Assembly: GCA_965235115.1 (NCBI GenBank)
Contig: OZ249436.1
Location: 33,358,001 to 33,422,000, forward strand
Reading direction: 5' to 3'
DNA length: 64,000 bases
DNA from: Laetmonice hystrix
Taxonomy: Eukaryota
This document shows positions 1 to 12,576 of this stretch, piece by piece (position 1 is the stretch's first letter; every line of letters begins with the position of its first letter). The position numbers and the translations under genes are program-made. The notes beneath the pieces are model-generated. The model was not told where the DNA came from, made no database searches, and saw nothing but the letters and a program-made list of their open reading frames with translations.

Positions 1-160
1 ACAAAAAACTTTTTCAGTCCAGGAATGGGTCTGATTTATTGCATTCTTAGAGGAAGTAGAAAATCAGATTGCTGAATTCAATCATTAGTATACATCTGCA
101 TTACAAAGATCTAAAAATATTCTCATTGTAGAATTTGTACATCAGGAATAATATACAAAC

Positions 161-388
161 CTTTTTCTCTTCCTGCTGGACAACAAGTTCATGGTAGCGA
201 GGAATGCGTGCATCAAACCGTACTCTGTCCACTTCCCTCATATTGGCGTGCTCCACCTTTAACTGGGATTCCCTGTATGGCTCATATTCCCCAGGCCCTG
301 GACCACCTTTACCACTGAAGTCCATACGTTTGGATGTTAACCGGCTGAAGTGAACCCCTTTGTATGTCTCTGCTGCTTTCAGTTTCAC
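161..388 (-). CDS. STPG2: STPG2 coding exon 5 (VKLK...YKGVHF...GPGPGEY...QEEKK); gene continues beyond left edge
   Basis: TAG/GT boundaries, 228 nt phase 0; YKGV.F, GPGPG.Y and EEKK motifs. Confidence 0.92.
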
Positions 389-652
389 CTATAACAAAGA
401 AATGAAGATAAAAAACCACTGATCAGCAGATTTATCCAGGAAAAAAAACTCAGGCTATTTCAGCTCATTTTGCATCTCTATAAAGACATGTATTGTCTCA
501 GTTGTCAGTTGAGCTTTTTAACTTTAAGTAAAACCTGAAATTCTCTATACATACTGTTCTTAAATAAACTCAAGAATCTTTAATGAACAGTTCTGAGCAA
601 TTTTTTTCTTCATACATAAAGGCTTACTGCATAGGTTGTGGTGATTCCTACT

Positions 653-1446
653 CAGGCCTTGCAGTTTGAAAAATGGTGGAGAGCTATTAACAGTCCTCCT
701 AAAAATGCCCAGGAGAGTGATTTGCTCTCCTGTCTAAAATGACACTTTGTTACATCAATTAAATGTTCCATGTTTATAATACATTGACTGGTGAATTATA
801 TTTCAGAAACTGATACCATAAGATAATTTAAACAATATAAAAGTCCTGAATCCAGCAGTATGAATTCCTTTCTTGAACCGTAATCTTCCGTGTACAAGCC
901 GCACTTTTTTCCTTCTCAAACTACTCATAGATTGGGGGTGCGGCAAGGATGAGGTGAGGTGAGGATGGTCAAGAAGTTAGTTTAGTATATTATCCCTGGG
1001 TCTCTGGGTTCCCAGTGGGAACTGGCCTGATATACCAAAAGCTGCATGGTGTGCCCCTATTGTTTTACGTGTGAATATGTGATGGATTCCCAAAATAAAG
1101 GTGTGCCCTATTGTTTTCAATGCCCAGGAAAAGTAACAGCCCGATTAACAATGGGAGGTGATGGTGACCCTGGCATCTGGACAGCGAGTTTTCACACTAG
1201 CCTTAAGCCTATGACCAGGCTGGTGAAGCATCTAGCTGATACACGTCTCAGCATGTTTCATAGGGTTGACGGTTGGGGCCCAACTTTGCTGTCACTGGCG
1301 TCATTAGCCCACCTCCCCTTGTGTAGCGCCTACAGTTGTAGTTCATTTTCCTAAGCCATGGAGCGCGAAAATACACGCGCCAAAAAGAGAATTTAGGTGC
1401 GCGATGGTGCGCAAGAGCGATCGCGCACCTCAAAACGCAAGGCCTG
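653..1446. mobile_element. Non-autonomous hAT-like DNA transposon with 6-bp TSD, in STPG2 intron
   Basis: TIR CAGGCCTTGC at both ends; TSD CCTACT at 647-652 and 1447-1452. Confidence 0.8.
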
Positions 1447-1514
1447 CCTACTCTATGTCTACATTGTAGTAGAGAAAGCAGGGAATAATTGGTACAAATA
1501 CAGGATTTCCTTAC

Positions 1515-1676
1515 GTCAGGGTTGTAAAAGGCTGGTCCCATTGATTGGTCTGTATCGGGGGCGTCCTGCTTCTTTAATGTTCCATCATCGTTCTCTTCAT
1601 ATCCATAAGCTTTCCCAGGGCTGGGGATAGAGGGTGCCTCAGCCTTACGGTGAAACTTTATTCGACTCGCCAAAAG
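1515..1676 (-). CDS. STPG2: STPG2 coding exon 4 (LLASRIKF...PSIPSPGKAYGYEENDDG...MGPAFYNPD)
   Basis: TAG/GTAAG boundaries, 162 nt phase 0; PSIPS..GY...DDG...GPA.YNP conserved in STPG2. Confidence 0.92.
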
Positions 1677-1961
1677 CTACAAAGATCAAATTAAGATATT
1701 TAAAGAGCTGGCAATGTTGGCTTTCTTAGCAGTGAACTGTGTTCTTTGCCTTTGCATTGATATTACAGGTCTGTGAAAGTCTTCTTGCAAAAGTTAACAG
1801 AAACATAAATACTGGTACATTTTGCAATTGTAGGATTTTTTATTCTGTACGTGTTTACTAGTATAATTAATCAAGTTTAATCAGTTATAATCATTCTTAC
1901 TTTGCATGTAAAGTTATTCAAACCATCAACACAATGCTTGTATCCATCATTATTTCATTAC

Positions 1962-2129
1962 CTGTCCCTTGCCAGCATCCATGTCAACTGGCACTGATGC
2001 ATTTCGGTTCATTTCTTTGATCCAGTCCGACCGTTTTGAGAGGTTGTATGCTCCAGGACCTGGCGTCTCCTTATCCTCAACCAAGGCCTCCTTGAAACGT
2101 TTGCCTTTGTTGGCCAGAGTTTTACCACC
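1962..2129 (-). CDS. STPG2: STPG2 coding exon 3 (GGKTLANKGKRFK...TPGPGAYNL...KGQ)
   Basis: CAG/GT boundaries, 168 nt phase 0, PGPGAY repeat. Confidence 0.92.
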
Positions 2130-2343
2130 CTGGATGTAAGATATTATTGGTACAATATAGCAACTTTTTATACCGTTCACTGCTGACAATTAACCATTGA
2201 ACCCTAACTCACTGACTTTACACTGTTTTTCACAAGAACTAACTCTTCCTGTCTTTAGGTCCCAATAGAGCATTTATTAATAATAACATGTCTTTTAGTT
2301 TTAGTCACGTGTACTCAGTCTGACTTAAACACATGGAACTGAC

Positions 2344-2465
2344 CTTGATGATATCTTGTGGATATGCAGGATCATACTGGCCTGGGCCTGGAGCTGCAAT
2401 GACACTGTCTCCAGGGTTGAGGAAAGAAGTTCGACTGGTCATGGACAAAAACGGTGCATATCCAT
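2344..2465 (-). CDS. STPG2: STPG2 coding exon 2 (DGYAPFLSMTSRTSFLNPGDSVIAAPGPGQYDPAYPQDIIK)
   Basis: Polypyrimidine+CAG acceptor, GTCAGT donor, 122 nt keeps frame; YAPFLS and PGPGxY motifs. Confidence 0.92.
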
Positions 2466-2640
2466 CTGAAAAAAGAAACATTTAATGAACCATGCAATTT
2501 GTCCTAAACTAGTAAAAGGTCTATCAACCATGAGTGGCACTGGCAATCCTCGGCTCAAACTGTAAAAAAATATTTTATTTCTATGATTTATGGTTTAGAT
2601 CTATATTGAAGAATTTAAAACCAAAAGTGAAATGGTTAAA

Positions 2641-3029
2641 CAGGCCTCGAATTAGAAGTTAAAAGGGGCACGGTAAAAAATGGCTGTCGAGGGCCTTGTT
2701 TAAAGGAGGGCACCACAGCATTTTCAATAAGTTTGGAAGGGCACCACGGCAAATTTACTTCACCAAAACCAAACCTCGCATGTCTGGCTTAACAGTAAAA
2801 CAAGGAATCTTCAAACTTTAGGTTAGTGAGTGTTGGTGATCACTAGGGGATCGATGTCGGGGATGATCTGTGGATGGCTGATTACAGCTGGAGGGCACAT
2901 CACAGCAAGGGAAAGGGGCACCAAGGCACTGGACTGCCGTCGATGGGGCAAAAAATAGGGGGGCACCACGGCAAATCGAAGGGCCACGATGGCAATTGCC
3001 GTCGATGCCGTCGTGTAATTTGAGGCCTG
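2641..3029. mobile_element. hAT-like MITE with 6-bp TSD
   Basis: TIR CAGGCCTCRAATTA; TSD GTTAAA at 2635-2640 and 3030-3035; internal GGGCAC repeats. Confidence 0.8.
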
Positions 3030-3141
3030 GTTAAAATAGTATCTTTAATCCTTTATCCAAACAAGCTCTGGCATTTGGTAAAGAATAATAGACTACATGT
3101 ACATGGTAAATATTCATTAATCTGATGAGTAGCTCACTTAC

Positions 3142-3253
3142 CATTGGCCAGTTTCTTGCTATCTGCAGGGCCTGCATCATACGTGCCAGGGCCCACATGT
3201 TCAGCAGTGTTACCTGTGGTCTGATGGACCACACGTGGTGCACGATCATACAT
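3142..3253 (-). CDS. STPG2: Sperm-tail PG-rich repeat protein 2, coding exon 1 (MYDRAPRVVHQTTGNTAEHVGPGTYDAGPADSKKLAN)
   Basis: ATG at 3253; MYDRAPR...EHVGPGTY matches the vertebrate STPG2 N-terminus as I recall it; GTAAGT donor at 3141; phase 1 joins exon 2 in frame. Confidence 0.92.
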
Positions 3254-3789
3254 GATGATGAGTGGCTAAACTCACAGTCATCTGCAATGAAGTATTATTG
3301 AATGTTTATTTTTAAATCGAGGTTTAAATCTTAGTAACTAACTAGTGTAAACAGGCCACCCAAATTGAAAATTTAACCAGAACTGGCAGTAGCCCCTCGA
3401 CACAAGCCCTTAAGGTAGACACTGATAGCCTGCCTGGAGAATTCAGCAGCCCAAGGCGTCAGGCTATTCACGTTAGAAATTTTAACACGAGTGTCACTAC
3501 TTTTTTGTACCTCTGCATCCTGCTTCTGAGAAAAAATATGCTGTATTGCATCAAGTTCGATGCATAATGTTGATGGACTACATATCAAGGGAACTAGCCA
3601 GCCAGGCTAGTAAAGTAAAAAATCAACCAGCCCTGATGAAAAAAATACTACTACTACTAGTACTAGCCATATGGCTGAGCGGAATGTATAATACGGTGGA
3701 CGATACAGTCCGCCACACCTGGCAAGCGACTCGAGTCCGACTCCCGAGACGAGGTCGAGGACTCTTCTTATTTCTAGCCAACAACAACG

Positions 3790-4230
3790 TTCTCACCTAA
3801 TTTGCCCCTTCCTGGTGAAACACTGCGCCTAACACCGTTTTGGTATTGCAAAGCTAGTAGATAATCTCCATATGTACGTTACTCGGAACCCGGCAATGAG
3901 ACCAAAACAACAAGATCCCGGACGGGTGGCCTTCGTTGTTTTCAGTTGCCAAGGGGAGTTAAACATGGCGGCGAGTACCGTAAATAGGTTCTATCAATCT
4001 ATGTACTATATCGTAATCAATGTAAATATACAAAATTAGAAGATATAGTGCAAATCTTAGCTTCAAAATCTTGAGACAGAGGAAATAATCAATATGTTGT
4101 TTCCTTCCATTCTATAGTGTTACTGTCATTCTCAAAATGAGTTTTTAACGGAAACCGACTCCTTGGGGTCATGGCTCTCGGGTCATTTCCGGTCAGGCAG
4201 CAGACGAAGGTTTTTCGCGCAAGGTGAGTA
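3790..4230. promoter_or_regulatory. Putative bidirectional promoter and non-coding first exons of STPG2 (-) and SDR42E1-like (+)
   Basis: Minus-strand donor GTGAG at 3796; plus-strand donor AAG/GTGAGT at 4224; YY1-type AAACATGGCGGC 3961-3972; ETS-type TTCCGG 4187-4192; degenerate X-box GTTGCCAAGG at 3945. Confidence 0.55.
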
Positions 4231-4456
4231 AAAAACACACATTTTGGGCCCACATTTTAACCTTTCAGTTTGTGTTAATAGTGTATCATATTGGCATATA
4301 AATAACTGTTGATTTGAGTACTAAATGCTGTTTCATTCATGATAGAGGCGACCACATTTTCCCTTATGCAACCACTGTAAACATGCTGAACCAGTCCACA
4401 CTCACCACAGTCCACACTGCCACTGACTGGCACAGCCACAGCATAGGCACAGACTC

Positions 4457-4872
4457 GGTGTCTGGACGTATCGAGCGCGAACCAGTTCGAGCGCCGGCCA
4501 CTTCGAGCGCCGACGCCGACCACTTCGAGCGCGACTATTTCACAACTCGGCCTGTATTTCACAAGTTCCGTTCTCAGAAGTCAGCAAGAATTGTATCCCT
4601 ATCTTTCGTATGATGATATTACTAATGGCTATTAGTCATATTGCGACACTGACAGTGACAGTGTCCTCCCTACGGCCCGCTCGAACGGGGCCGCGCTCAA
4701 CTGGCCGCGCTCAGCGGTCTCGATCGAAATCTACCCCCGACGAGCGGGCGTAGCACGCGGGCGGCTCCGCCGACGGAGGCCCGCTCAACTGGTCGGTGCT
4801 CAAACTGGTTCGCGCTCGAACTGGCAATGGAGCGGCGCTCGAACTGGTACGCGCTCGAAACGTCCTGGGACC
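4457..4872. mobile_element. Foldback-type MITE (MULE/Merlin-like) with modular TIRs
   Basis: Inverted arms built from ~15-bp CCASTTCGAGCGC subrepeats; 8-bp TSD ACAGACTC at 4449-4456 and 4873-4880. Confidence 0.8.
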
Positions 4873-5575
4873 ACAGACTCCACCACATACCACAGACACA
4901 CGTTGACTGTCACATACTGACATAGTCATAGTGCAGTGCCAGGGCAGTGGCCAGTGGTGTCAGTGCAGTGGCACTGCTGAAGTCTACTCTAGACTGTCTA
5001 TGTGGCGACCCTCTTATCGCTATGGCGTGGAAAATAATGTGCTGATGACCTTAGCTTAGGTTAGGAAAACCACGAAACGTCGCACATCTATCGTTTCAAT
5101 TTCAGTGCCACTTTCAAATTTAGACATGACCACCCGTAATCCGTATTGAATTCTCTGCGTTAAAGATACTGTGGGAGAGCACATAGGGAATTTATCAAAT
5201 AGGATGGTTCGCTTGGTTTCAATGCTGATTTCACACCTTGTCGTGATTTCTACTTACAAGGAAATGTCCCTGTTAATGTGCATAGCTTTCGCTAAATCCT
5301 CTATTCATAACTTCACATAAGGTGATTTTGACTGTTGGCCTTTTGTTGTAAGTTGAAGCCGACTTTTTAAACCACTCCATCACCATTTTAGAAGAAAGCC
5401 CTACTGTACTGACCTGGACAGGACAACAAAAACAACGGCGGACAGGCGAGCATGGACCAAAGTACCACAACTTGTTCACAAAACCGGCCATAATATATTA
5501 CACTTACAGAAGGAATGCATCACTTCCAAAATTGTGTGCAACACTCCAACAGGTGTTAAGGGAAGTGATCATGTA

Positions 5576-5865
5576 GGGTAGCTTAACCTCGAGTCGCCCA
5601 CCCACCTTGAGTCACCGACCCCATTAAAGGCCCAGCCCCATATGCCCGATTCCCTCCGACTCGATGGGGTCGGAGGGAATTGGGTATATGGGGCCAGGCC
5701 TTTACTCTGCATTGGTTATGGCCAACCCATTACAACTAACGTTATCTGAAAGCCCATATTTTACTCTTTCTTGTAGTTTTAGTATTATCCACCAGAGGTC
5801 AGATGGTTTTTATTTAGGGTGGGTGGGCAACTCAAGGTGGTAGGCGCCTTGAGGTGAATCTACCC
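5576..5865. mobile_element. TA-flanked MITE (Tc1/mariner-pogo-like)
   Basis: Imperfect ~45-bp TIR GGGTAG.TT.ACCTC...CCACCTTGAGT; TA on both sides. Confidence 0.65.
5628..5701. mobile_element. 74-bp hairpin MITE (Harbinger-like) nested in the previous MITE
   Basis: Near-perfect hairpin AGGCC...GGCCT flanked by TAA/TTA. Confidence 0.6.
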
Positions 5866-7483
5866 TAGATCTATTGGTACAGATAAGAATTGGTGCTGTT
5901 TCTTTATTTGAATATTTCTCTACAAGTCATCCACATTAACCCAGTAATGATAGTGCATTGGGGAGAGACATTAGCTCATATTTATGTGCTGTTCTGCTGT
6001 CTATGGGCTACATACTTACAAATAAAATAATGTCAATAAAATCAAGTGTCCCTATTATTTTACAGAGGCATAGCTTGCGTTAAATCATAATACTATGATA
6101 ATAGTAAATCCATGTGCAGCCATTCTTTAACTACTCATGCTGCAGTGCAGTGCACATGTCCTATAGAGACATAATCCAGTAAATTATATGGCAATATTGA
6201 CTTTGGATTCACAGGATACTGAAAAGTTCCTGATTTCATTATGAAGTTGGCTGTAACTTATTACAGAAGATGTGCCTCCTAATCTGAATTATGTACCGGT
6301 AGTCTGCAGTAGATTATTTTGACAGTGAGCATGAGCAGACTCTGTGCGTTGGTTCCCAGATTCGGCGATGTACTAGGTGGATAAAGACGGGGCTGTGTCC
6401 TTCTATATCTCTGACATCTGTCCAGGTTATGGCCCAATATGGAGGTTAGAACACCATTTTTCACTTATATACATTATGGCAAGGATGTTTTTAATCTTTG
6501 GATTAAACTGTTCTAGAGACCAAGTTGTAAAACTCGAATATATTGCAAGGGTGTGCTTTTCTTTGGTTTAAACCTATGAATTTAATCCTACTACGTGGAA
6601 GGTTTAGGTTTAGGTTTCTGAGGTGACGGGTCCCAAACAGCAAAATCATCTGACCCAGGTGACTTGTCTTGTGTGATGCGCCAGTCATAGACGGTTCTGG
6701 TGTCACAATCATACAGGAACTTGCTGACCCAGTTGGATTGTCGTGTGTGACACGGTGTGTCATTAGACCCATTTGACTGGCCGTTTTAGTAAAGTAAATT
6801 TTCACTTTCGCAGTGGCCTAATTTCTGAAAGGTAACTTAATGCATGACCAGCATAGCATAGTTCTGTCAAAATGTTCTGGCCATTTTTGCCTCTCTGCAT
6901 CGACTGTTGAAAGTCTTCTGTCCAAGACGAGACCCCACAGGAATAATTTTACTGATGTAAAATGTGGTTTACCAATAACAACAATTTTTAAAAGGGCCTT
7001 TGTAGCAGTGGCAGTTTGATGGTGAGTCATGCCACAGTTACTACTAGGTGTCAGCACTGCATCAGTAGGATCGTTACCAGAGCAGCTCTGTTCAGTTTCA
7101 GGTATCCATATTAATTAATATTATTAATATAATGTTTGAAATGTTATCATATGAAGTAACCCGTTTAAATTTCACATAGATCCAACTGAATTTGAGCAAA
7201 TTGAAGTTTAGAGCATGTGTACTCTAGTCTAGACGTCAAGCACTTACTGAGTGAGTTTCCAGTGTGCCACACGCTCACTTGGTCACTTTGGTCTTGTAGC
7301 CAAGGATTTGGCTTTACTAAATCTTTTATATCTCTGGTTACATTCAAAGGATTACAATTTAGTAACCAGTTTTGGAAATTTCGGGTCATGGGCTATCAAG
7401 TGAATATAAAATCTCAAAATCGATTTTTTGACAGGATAGGCTGGAAATCGCGTGTGCTGTCACATATGATGTGTATGTTGTTC

Positions 7484-7576
7484 CACTAAGTATATTGTTG
7501 AAAAGAATGGTTTAGGAGACTAAAGTAAACTTTACTTTAGTCTCCTAAACCATTCTTTTCAACAATATACTTAGTG
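7484..7576. repeat. Perfect palindrome, 46-bp arms with 1-nt spacer
   Basis: 7484-7529 is the exact reverse complement of 7531-7576. Confidence 0.95.
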
Positions 7577-7947
7577 TAAAGGTCCCTTTTACTATGCAGT
7601 ATTCTAACATTGTTTTTGCAGTAAAGATGGCTTGAGATGCTGACCACTATGATGTAAAACCACCATTACTCACTCATTTTCTCATTTAAAAAAAATATTT
7701 TCAGAAATTATCTAAGTTTGAAGGATAATGTTTAAGTCTTGTTAAAAGAATTAACTTTTGAGAATTTTACACTTACCTTTCTTTGTCAAACCGTCAGTAG
7801 AAGTTGAGTGCGCATAACATGGTCCTGACGACTCTTTCACTCAGTGGAAAAATGGACGGTCTTTCAAGGGAAAGCTTTAGAATAGGTACGATTCCATCAG
7901 ACCTTGATAGGGCCCAGTGGGCCATTATGATAGATATTACTGGTGCC

Positions 7948-8034
7948 CAAAGATTTATGGGCCGATGCTAAAGAGACAAAGATTTATGGGCCGATGCTAA
8001 AGAGACAAAGATTTATGGGTCGATGCTAAAGAGA
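7948..8034. repeat. 29-bp tandem repeat, 3 copies
   Basis: Unit CAAAGATTTATGGGCCGATGCTAAAGAGA. Confidence 0.9.
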
Positions 8035-9871
8035 AAGAGTGAATATAGTGTCTTTGCCTGCAGACCCAGTAGGATTTCTAATTTTCTTACTGGCCGAGTC
8101 AGGCCGGTCTTTCACAAAGTTATCAGTTCTTTGTACATCTGCAGTGTTCATGTGCACTTGAAAACCAAAAACATTAATTAAGGGTAGTAGGTTAATTCTG
8201 CACAGAAGTGTCAAGTTCCAACCCCCACCCTGGAGGTCATAATCCTCTGTTGTCTGTGGTGTGCTTCTCAATGTTTCCAAGTGGCTGCAATTGACTTATT
8301 GTATTCAGACATAAGACAGTTTTCATGTTAAGTAGATTTTTTTTTATTCATACCATCAATATTTCATTAGAGAGGGCTGTCTTTAACATAAAACGCGTCT
8401 TTGTGTTCCGAGAAAACGTGTAGAAATTCTCTTATCATTACAATTTACACAAAAAGGACCTTATAGATCGAGGGGTCGGATGTGGTGAAATATGGTAATG
8501 GCCGATAGAAAGTTGACATATCGGTGAGAAACGATACGTTGCCAGGCTGTGGCATGTGCGGCAAACATGTAGATGGCACGAGGACCAATGATAGCATCTA
8601 ATTGGATTAATAAAGGATGGTAAATCATAGTCGGTGTCTGTTTTTATTGTCCGGCTTCACACCCTCTGAAGCAGCTGACAAACATAAGTGAGCTCTTGCT
8701 GCGGGGACCTCTTCAATTTATGTGCTACATGCAAGAGTTTTATATGCGTGTCGCTGAGCGACTATAAGTAATGTGTGTGAAGATTATTACATTATTGATT
8801 CCGGTGGAAATCATCAAAGCATCATGTTAAATCATACATATGTCATGCGCAATCTCTCTTGCCACGTGGCCAAAAATGCAGTAATGGAAATTTCTTTGGT
8901 GAAATGTTGTCAGCAGGAGAGAAACTTCAATTTGTTTATCAGTATTTTGATCCTCTGGGCCTCAAAAGTCGTGAAACGTAAAAAATTAAAAAGGTAACTC
9001 TGTAAATATATTGCTTCACATTTTTGGCCACCAATTGGAGTAACCTATTGAAAGGTTTATCGGTATATTATAACAAATGCCCCTGATCCATTAATATAGT
9101 GGGGTCCATCAGTCAAATAAAGAAAGCAATTAAAATAACAATACGGTTTTATTGAGACAAACTCTAAATTACAAGAATTTTTACAGGTTAATATATGATA
9201 AATCAATATGAAGATAGATAAAATGAAGACCTTACCTGACATGAAGGAGCAGATCATGCCATGCATGTTTGCGGCCTGCGGTGATCAAATGAATTGGTAA
9301 GACTTAGACTGACCAGTCGCATCACTGATGTTTCACAAAGCTGTGCCATAACTTGGATACGCCACCGTTCACCTATGATACCAGTAAAACTGGTATCGGT
9401 CTGAGATGACGGGACGGAGCTCCGAGTCGTCACGTTCATGATGGTTGTACGTCACTACCCGTCAGCGCCGGTTCGGCGGTCCCCGTGTCCATAGGCCTGT
9501 CAGGGGGTTGAGAGCCGTGGAGAGCAGCCCAGCTAGGATTCTTGGCAGTTTGTTACTAACTGACATCCTTTGGTCAGGAAGTGGTTGATGGTCCACGTCC
9601 TCCTCAGTGGGGTCCTCATGCACGCAGAGATTTCCTGTCAGGAGAGTTCAGAGCAAATGACAGGAATATGAGGAGCCCGCTTCATCAGGCAACACAGATC
9701 CAGCAGAGATTAGATAATACAAATATCTTACTCATTCAGCAATGTTAGGCTACTATCAGCGGTTCTCTCTTCCAAAAATGAATTCGCGGAAGTACCTGTT
9801 CCATTGTTATTGCATGGGTCGGTGATGGTTACGTAACACCTTTAGATCGACACTTTTTTTCCAGAGCAGAC

Positions 9872-10048
9872 ATGGACGCTTCAAAAAGGGATGCGGGACC
9901 GCCACAGGAGAGACACCTAGTGACAGGTGGGGGAGGCTATGTCGGACTCCGCCTCGCTAAAGCCCTTCTTAAAGAGGGTCATGAGGTGACCCTGTTTGAT
10001 GTTCGGGAGCCGTCTGAGGACATACCTGAGGGTATCAGATTCGTGAAG
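9872..10048 (+). CDS. SDR42E1: Short-chain dehydrogenase/reductase family 42E member 1-like, coding exon 1 (Rossmann TGxxGxxG)
   Basis: Acceptor TTTTTTTCCAG at 9864, ATG 9872; LVTGGGGYVGLRL...LFDV...IPEGIRFVK resembles SDR42E1 (LITGGSGYFGFRL...IPEGIKFIQ); GTAGGT donor at 10049. Confidence 0.88.
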
Positions 10049-12576
10049 GTAGGTACCACTACCCCCGGTAACTGAAGCAGTGTTTGCTGAGATTAGAATT
10101 TTAGCAATAACTGAATTTCTTCTCCACTACGAGAACCACTAGTCCGTATAAACATTATTACATAGACCCGTTTTTTATGTAGCAAGTACTGCTCCTCATC
10201 ACATGGATGCCTGTCAGTTCAAATCGGGGAATTGATATGTCAAATTAACATTTTCTTGACAGTTTCAGTTCATAGGCTACATTTGGCCTTTTAATTTTGT
10301 GAACTAATGGCATCTGTTGTAATTCGTTGTTCTTTTGATCTTGGGAGTAAAGTATTAAAATAGTGTGCCGACATCCTTCATAGTGATTAAAAACTAATTA
10401 ATTAATTTTTTATATATAAAAACCTTGATTTAGAACGCTTTATGTGTACTGGTTGGACAGGATTCAAAACCAATCTTGAAACTGATCGGAACCAGGAGAA
10501 AGAAAAAACAGTGGTTTAGCTGAAAATGACGAGCAAACATTACTGCATTTACACAAAGGATTCTTGAAGGCTTTGTTGTTCATTAGTCTGGAATTTGACT
10601 TGTGTTGTGAGGGAAAATAGGGCTTAGTTTTTTAAGGGTCGCAGGGTCTGCTGATCACACTGTCTGATGGACTGGCTTTCAGAGACATACAGTTCGTTGT
10701 CGTTGAAGGGATTATCCTGGTGTAAATCCGGATAAAAGAAAGGTAATCGGAGATCAGAGACTAACTGGATGGCTTGCTAAGATCTGGTATTAAGCACATT
10801 AATGTACGCACTTCAGTATTTTACTCATATTATAAAACTGATTAACTGTTTTAAGTATGAGCTTCTGCATTTGATGCACTTATCCTGAATTACCGTATAG
10901 CACAGCATCTACCCGGAAAATGCATCAGTGTGGCCTCATTTTAACAAATCCAGGTGTAAGTTTGTGAAACAGATTTTTAGGTTTAGTACTATTAGATAGG
11001 GGACCTAGCCATCCAGGCAGATCATTAAACAAAACCCCCGTATGCCCTGGGTGTGAAGTAAAAAAAAGGGCGGCCTTTTGATGTGCATTTTTAATTGGAG
11101 CTGGCTGATAATCTGAATGTCCAAATAGACTGTTGTGTCGGTTTCTTCCAGTGGGAATGCTAGGTTTAAATTTGTGTACGATAATGTAATTTAAGGACAA
11201 ATTCAGTCCCACGCCAGTCGCTATAAGTGTCTGAACAGAATGGACTGTCGTTTCATATAGTAAATGGGCCTGACCTGTTTTTAAATACCGTGGAATTGAT
11301 ACGTGCAGACCCAAATTAGTTTTCAGTAGAAATAAGAAAGTATAGAACGTATGTAATTGCTGACAGAATATGTCAATGATAGTAACTTTAAGAAAATGCC
11401 AATGCCTTTGGGTTGTATTTGGAAGATTCTTTTCATTGCCTTGTTTTGCAAGATCTCGAAAACTTTGTATTCTTCTCTTTACCCAAACCAAACCTCAAAC
11501 AGTTATTTTTTTCACTTTTTATGTGAACCTGGATATATGGTACCACATAAATCTAAAAAAAATGAATTTGGATCGATTGGAATTCAGCTAGACTTTTGTT
11601 TCACGGATTGATATGCACAGGTCCTCGCGATGAAAGCTCTCAAAGAGCAATATTTATCTATCTGTCATTCTGAACTTGTGAGAACGTTTGATAAATCTTA
11701 CGTTCTACCCAGTACACGGAGAGACGGTGTTAGAAAAGGAATACATGTACATGTAGATAGAAATGGTCTGACTCGTCGAGTCACATGTTATTGACCAGAC
11801 GGTTCCAATTCTAGACAAACAACCCAGAAAGATCCTAAATCAACAAAAAACTGAGCATTCCCCCAGGCGTAAAAAGAATCATTCTAATTTAGAATTTCCA
11901 TTAAGTGAGCATTCCATATCATACTATGTCCACAGTCGTTTTCTCTTGGGTGGTCTGCAGTACGCATGGCTCTAATAGATCATTTTGAACCCGTGAAAAA
12001 CAGTGGCGGAAAATACCGACGATTGCTGCAGTTATTAGGGCCAGGATCATACAGTTTGTTTATTACGTTTCTATGCCAAATGAAAGTCATTTAAATTTAC
12101 ACGGAAGCTTTCATGTAAAGAGTATTTTTGTTATTATAGCATCAGCCCATGGGTACGATTCTCGCCATATAATAACGGCTAGCTTGATTTATGTGGGAAA
12201 AGGTATTTGATTTCAAAAAACGAAAACTGAAATGATTATATTGGAGAAACCAAGGTTATCATTTCCGGAAATGGAAGCGTATGTCACCGACATAGATCGG
12301 ATAAGAACTCTATAAGGCAATCTCTATTTATTAAACTTTGAAGTTGATCATTGTTTATTGTGTCACTGAATAACTACTTCACCGATATGTTAAAATGTAA
12401 GAGCTACTTTAATCCAGTTATAAATCAGAATATCATAATATCGTAATCATAATTGAATTGGTTATATTTATACCATTAAGCCAGAGCTTTCTTATCAAAA
12501 CATTTCCTCGGGTGAAATGTAATTGTGACTTTATTAAAAACCTTGATCCTGTGTATTGAGTTTGGTTCTGTTGTAG

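Noticed and set aside
10925..11491. Longest ORF in the track (188 aa)
   Set aside because: No recognisable domain; antisense within an SDR42E1 intron; composition looks random
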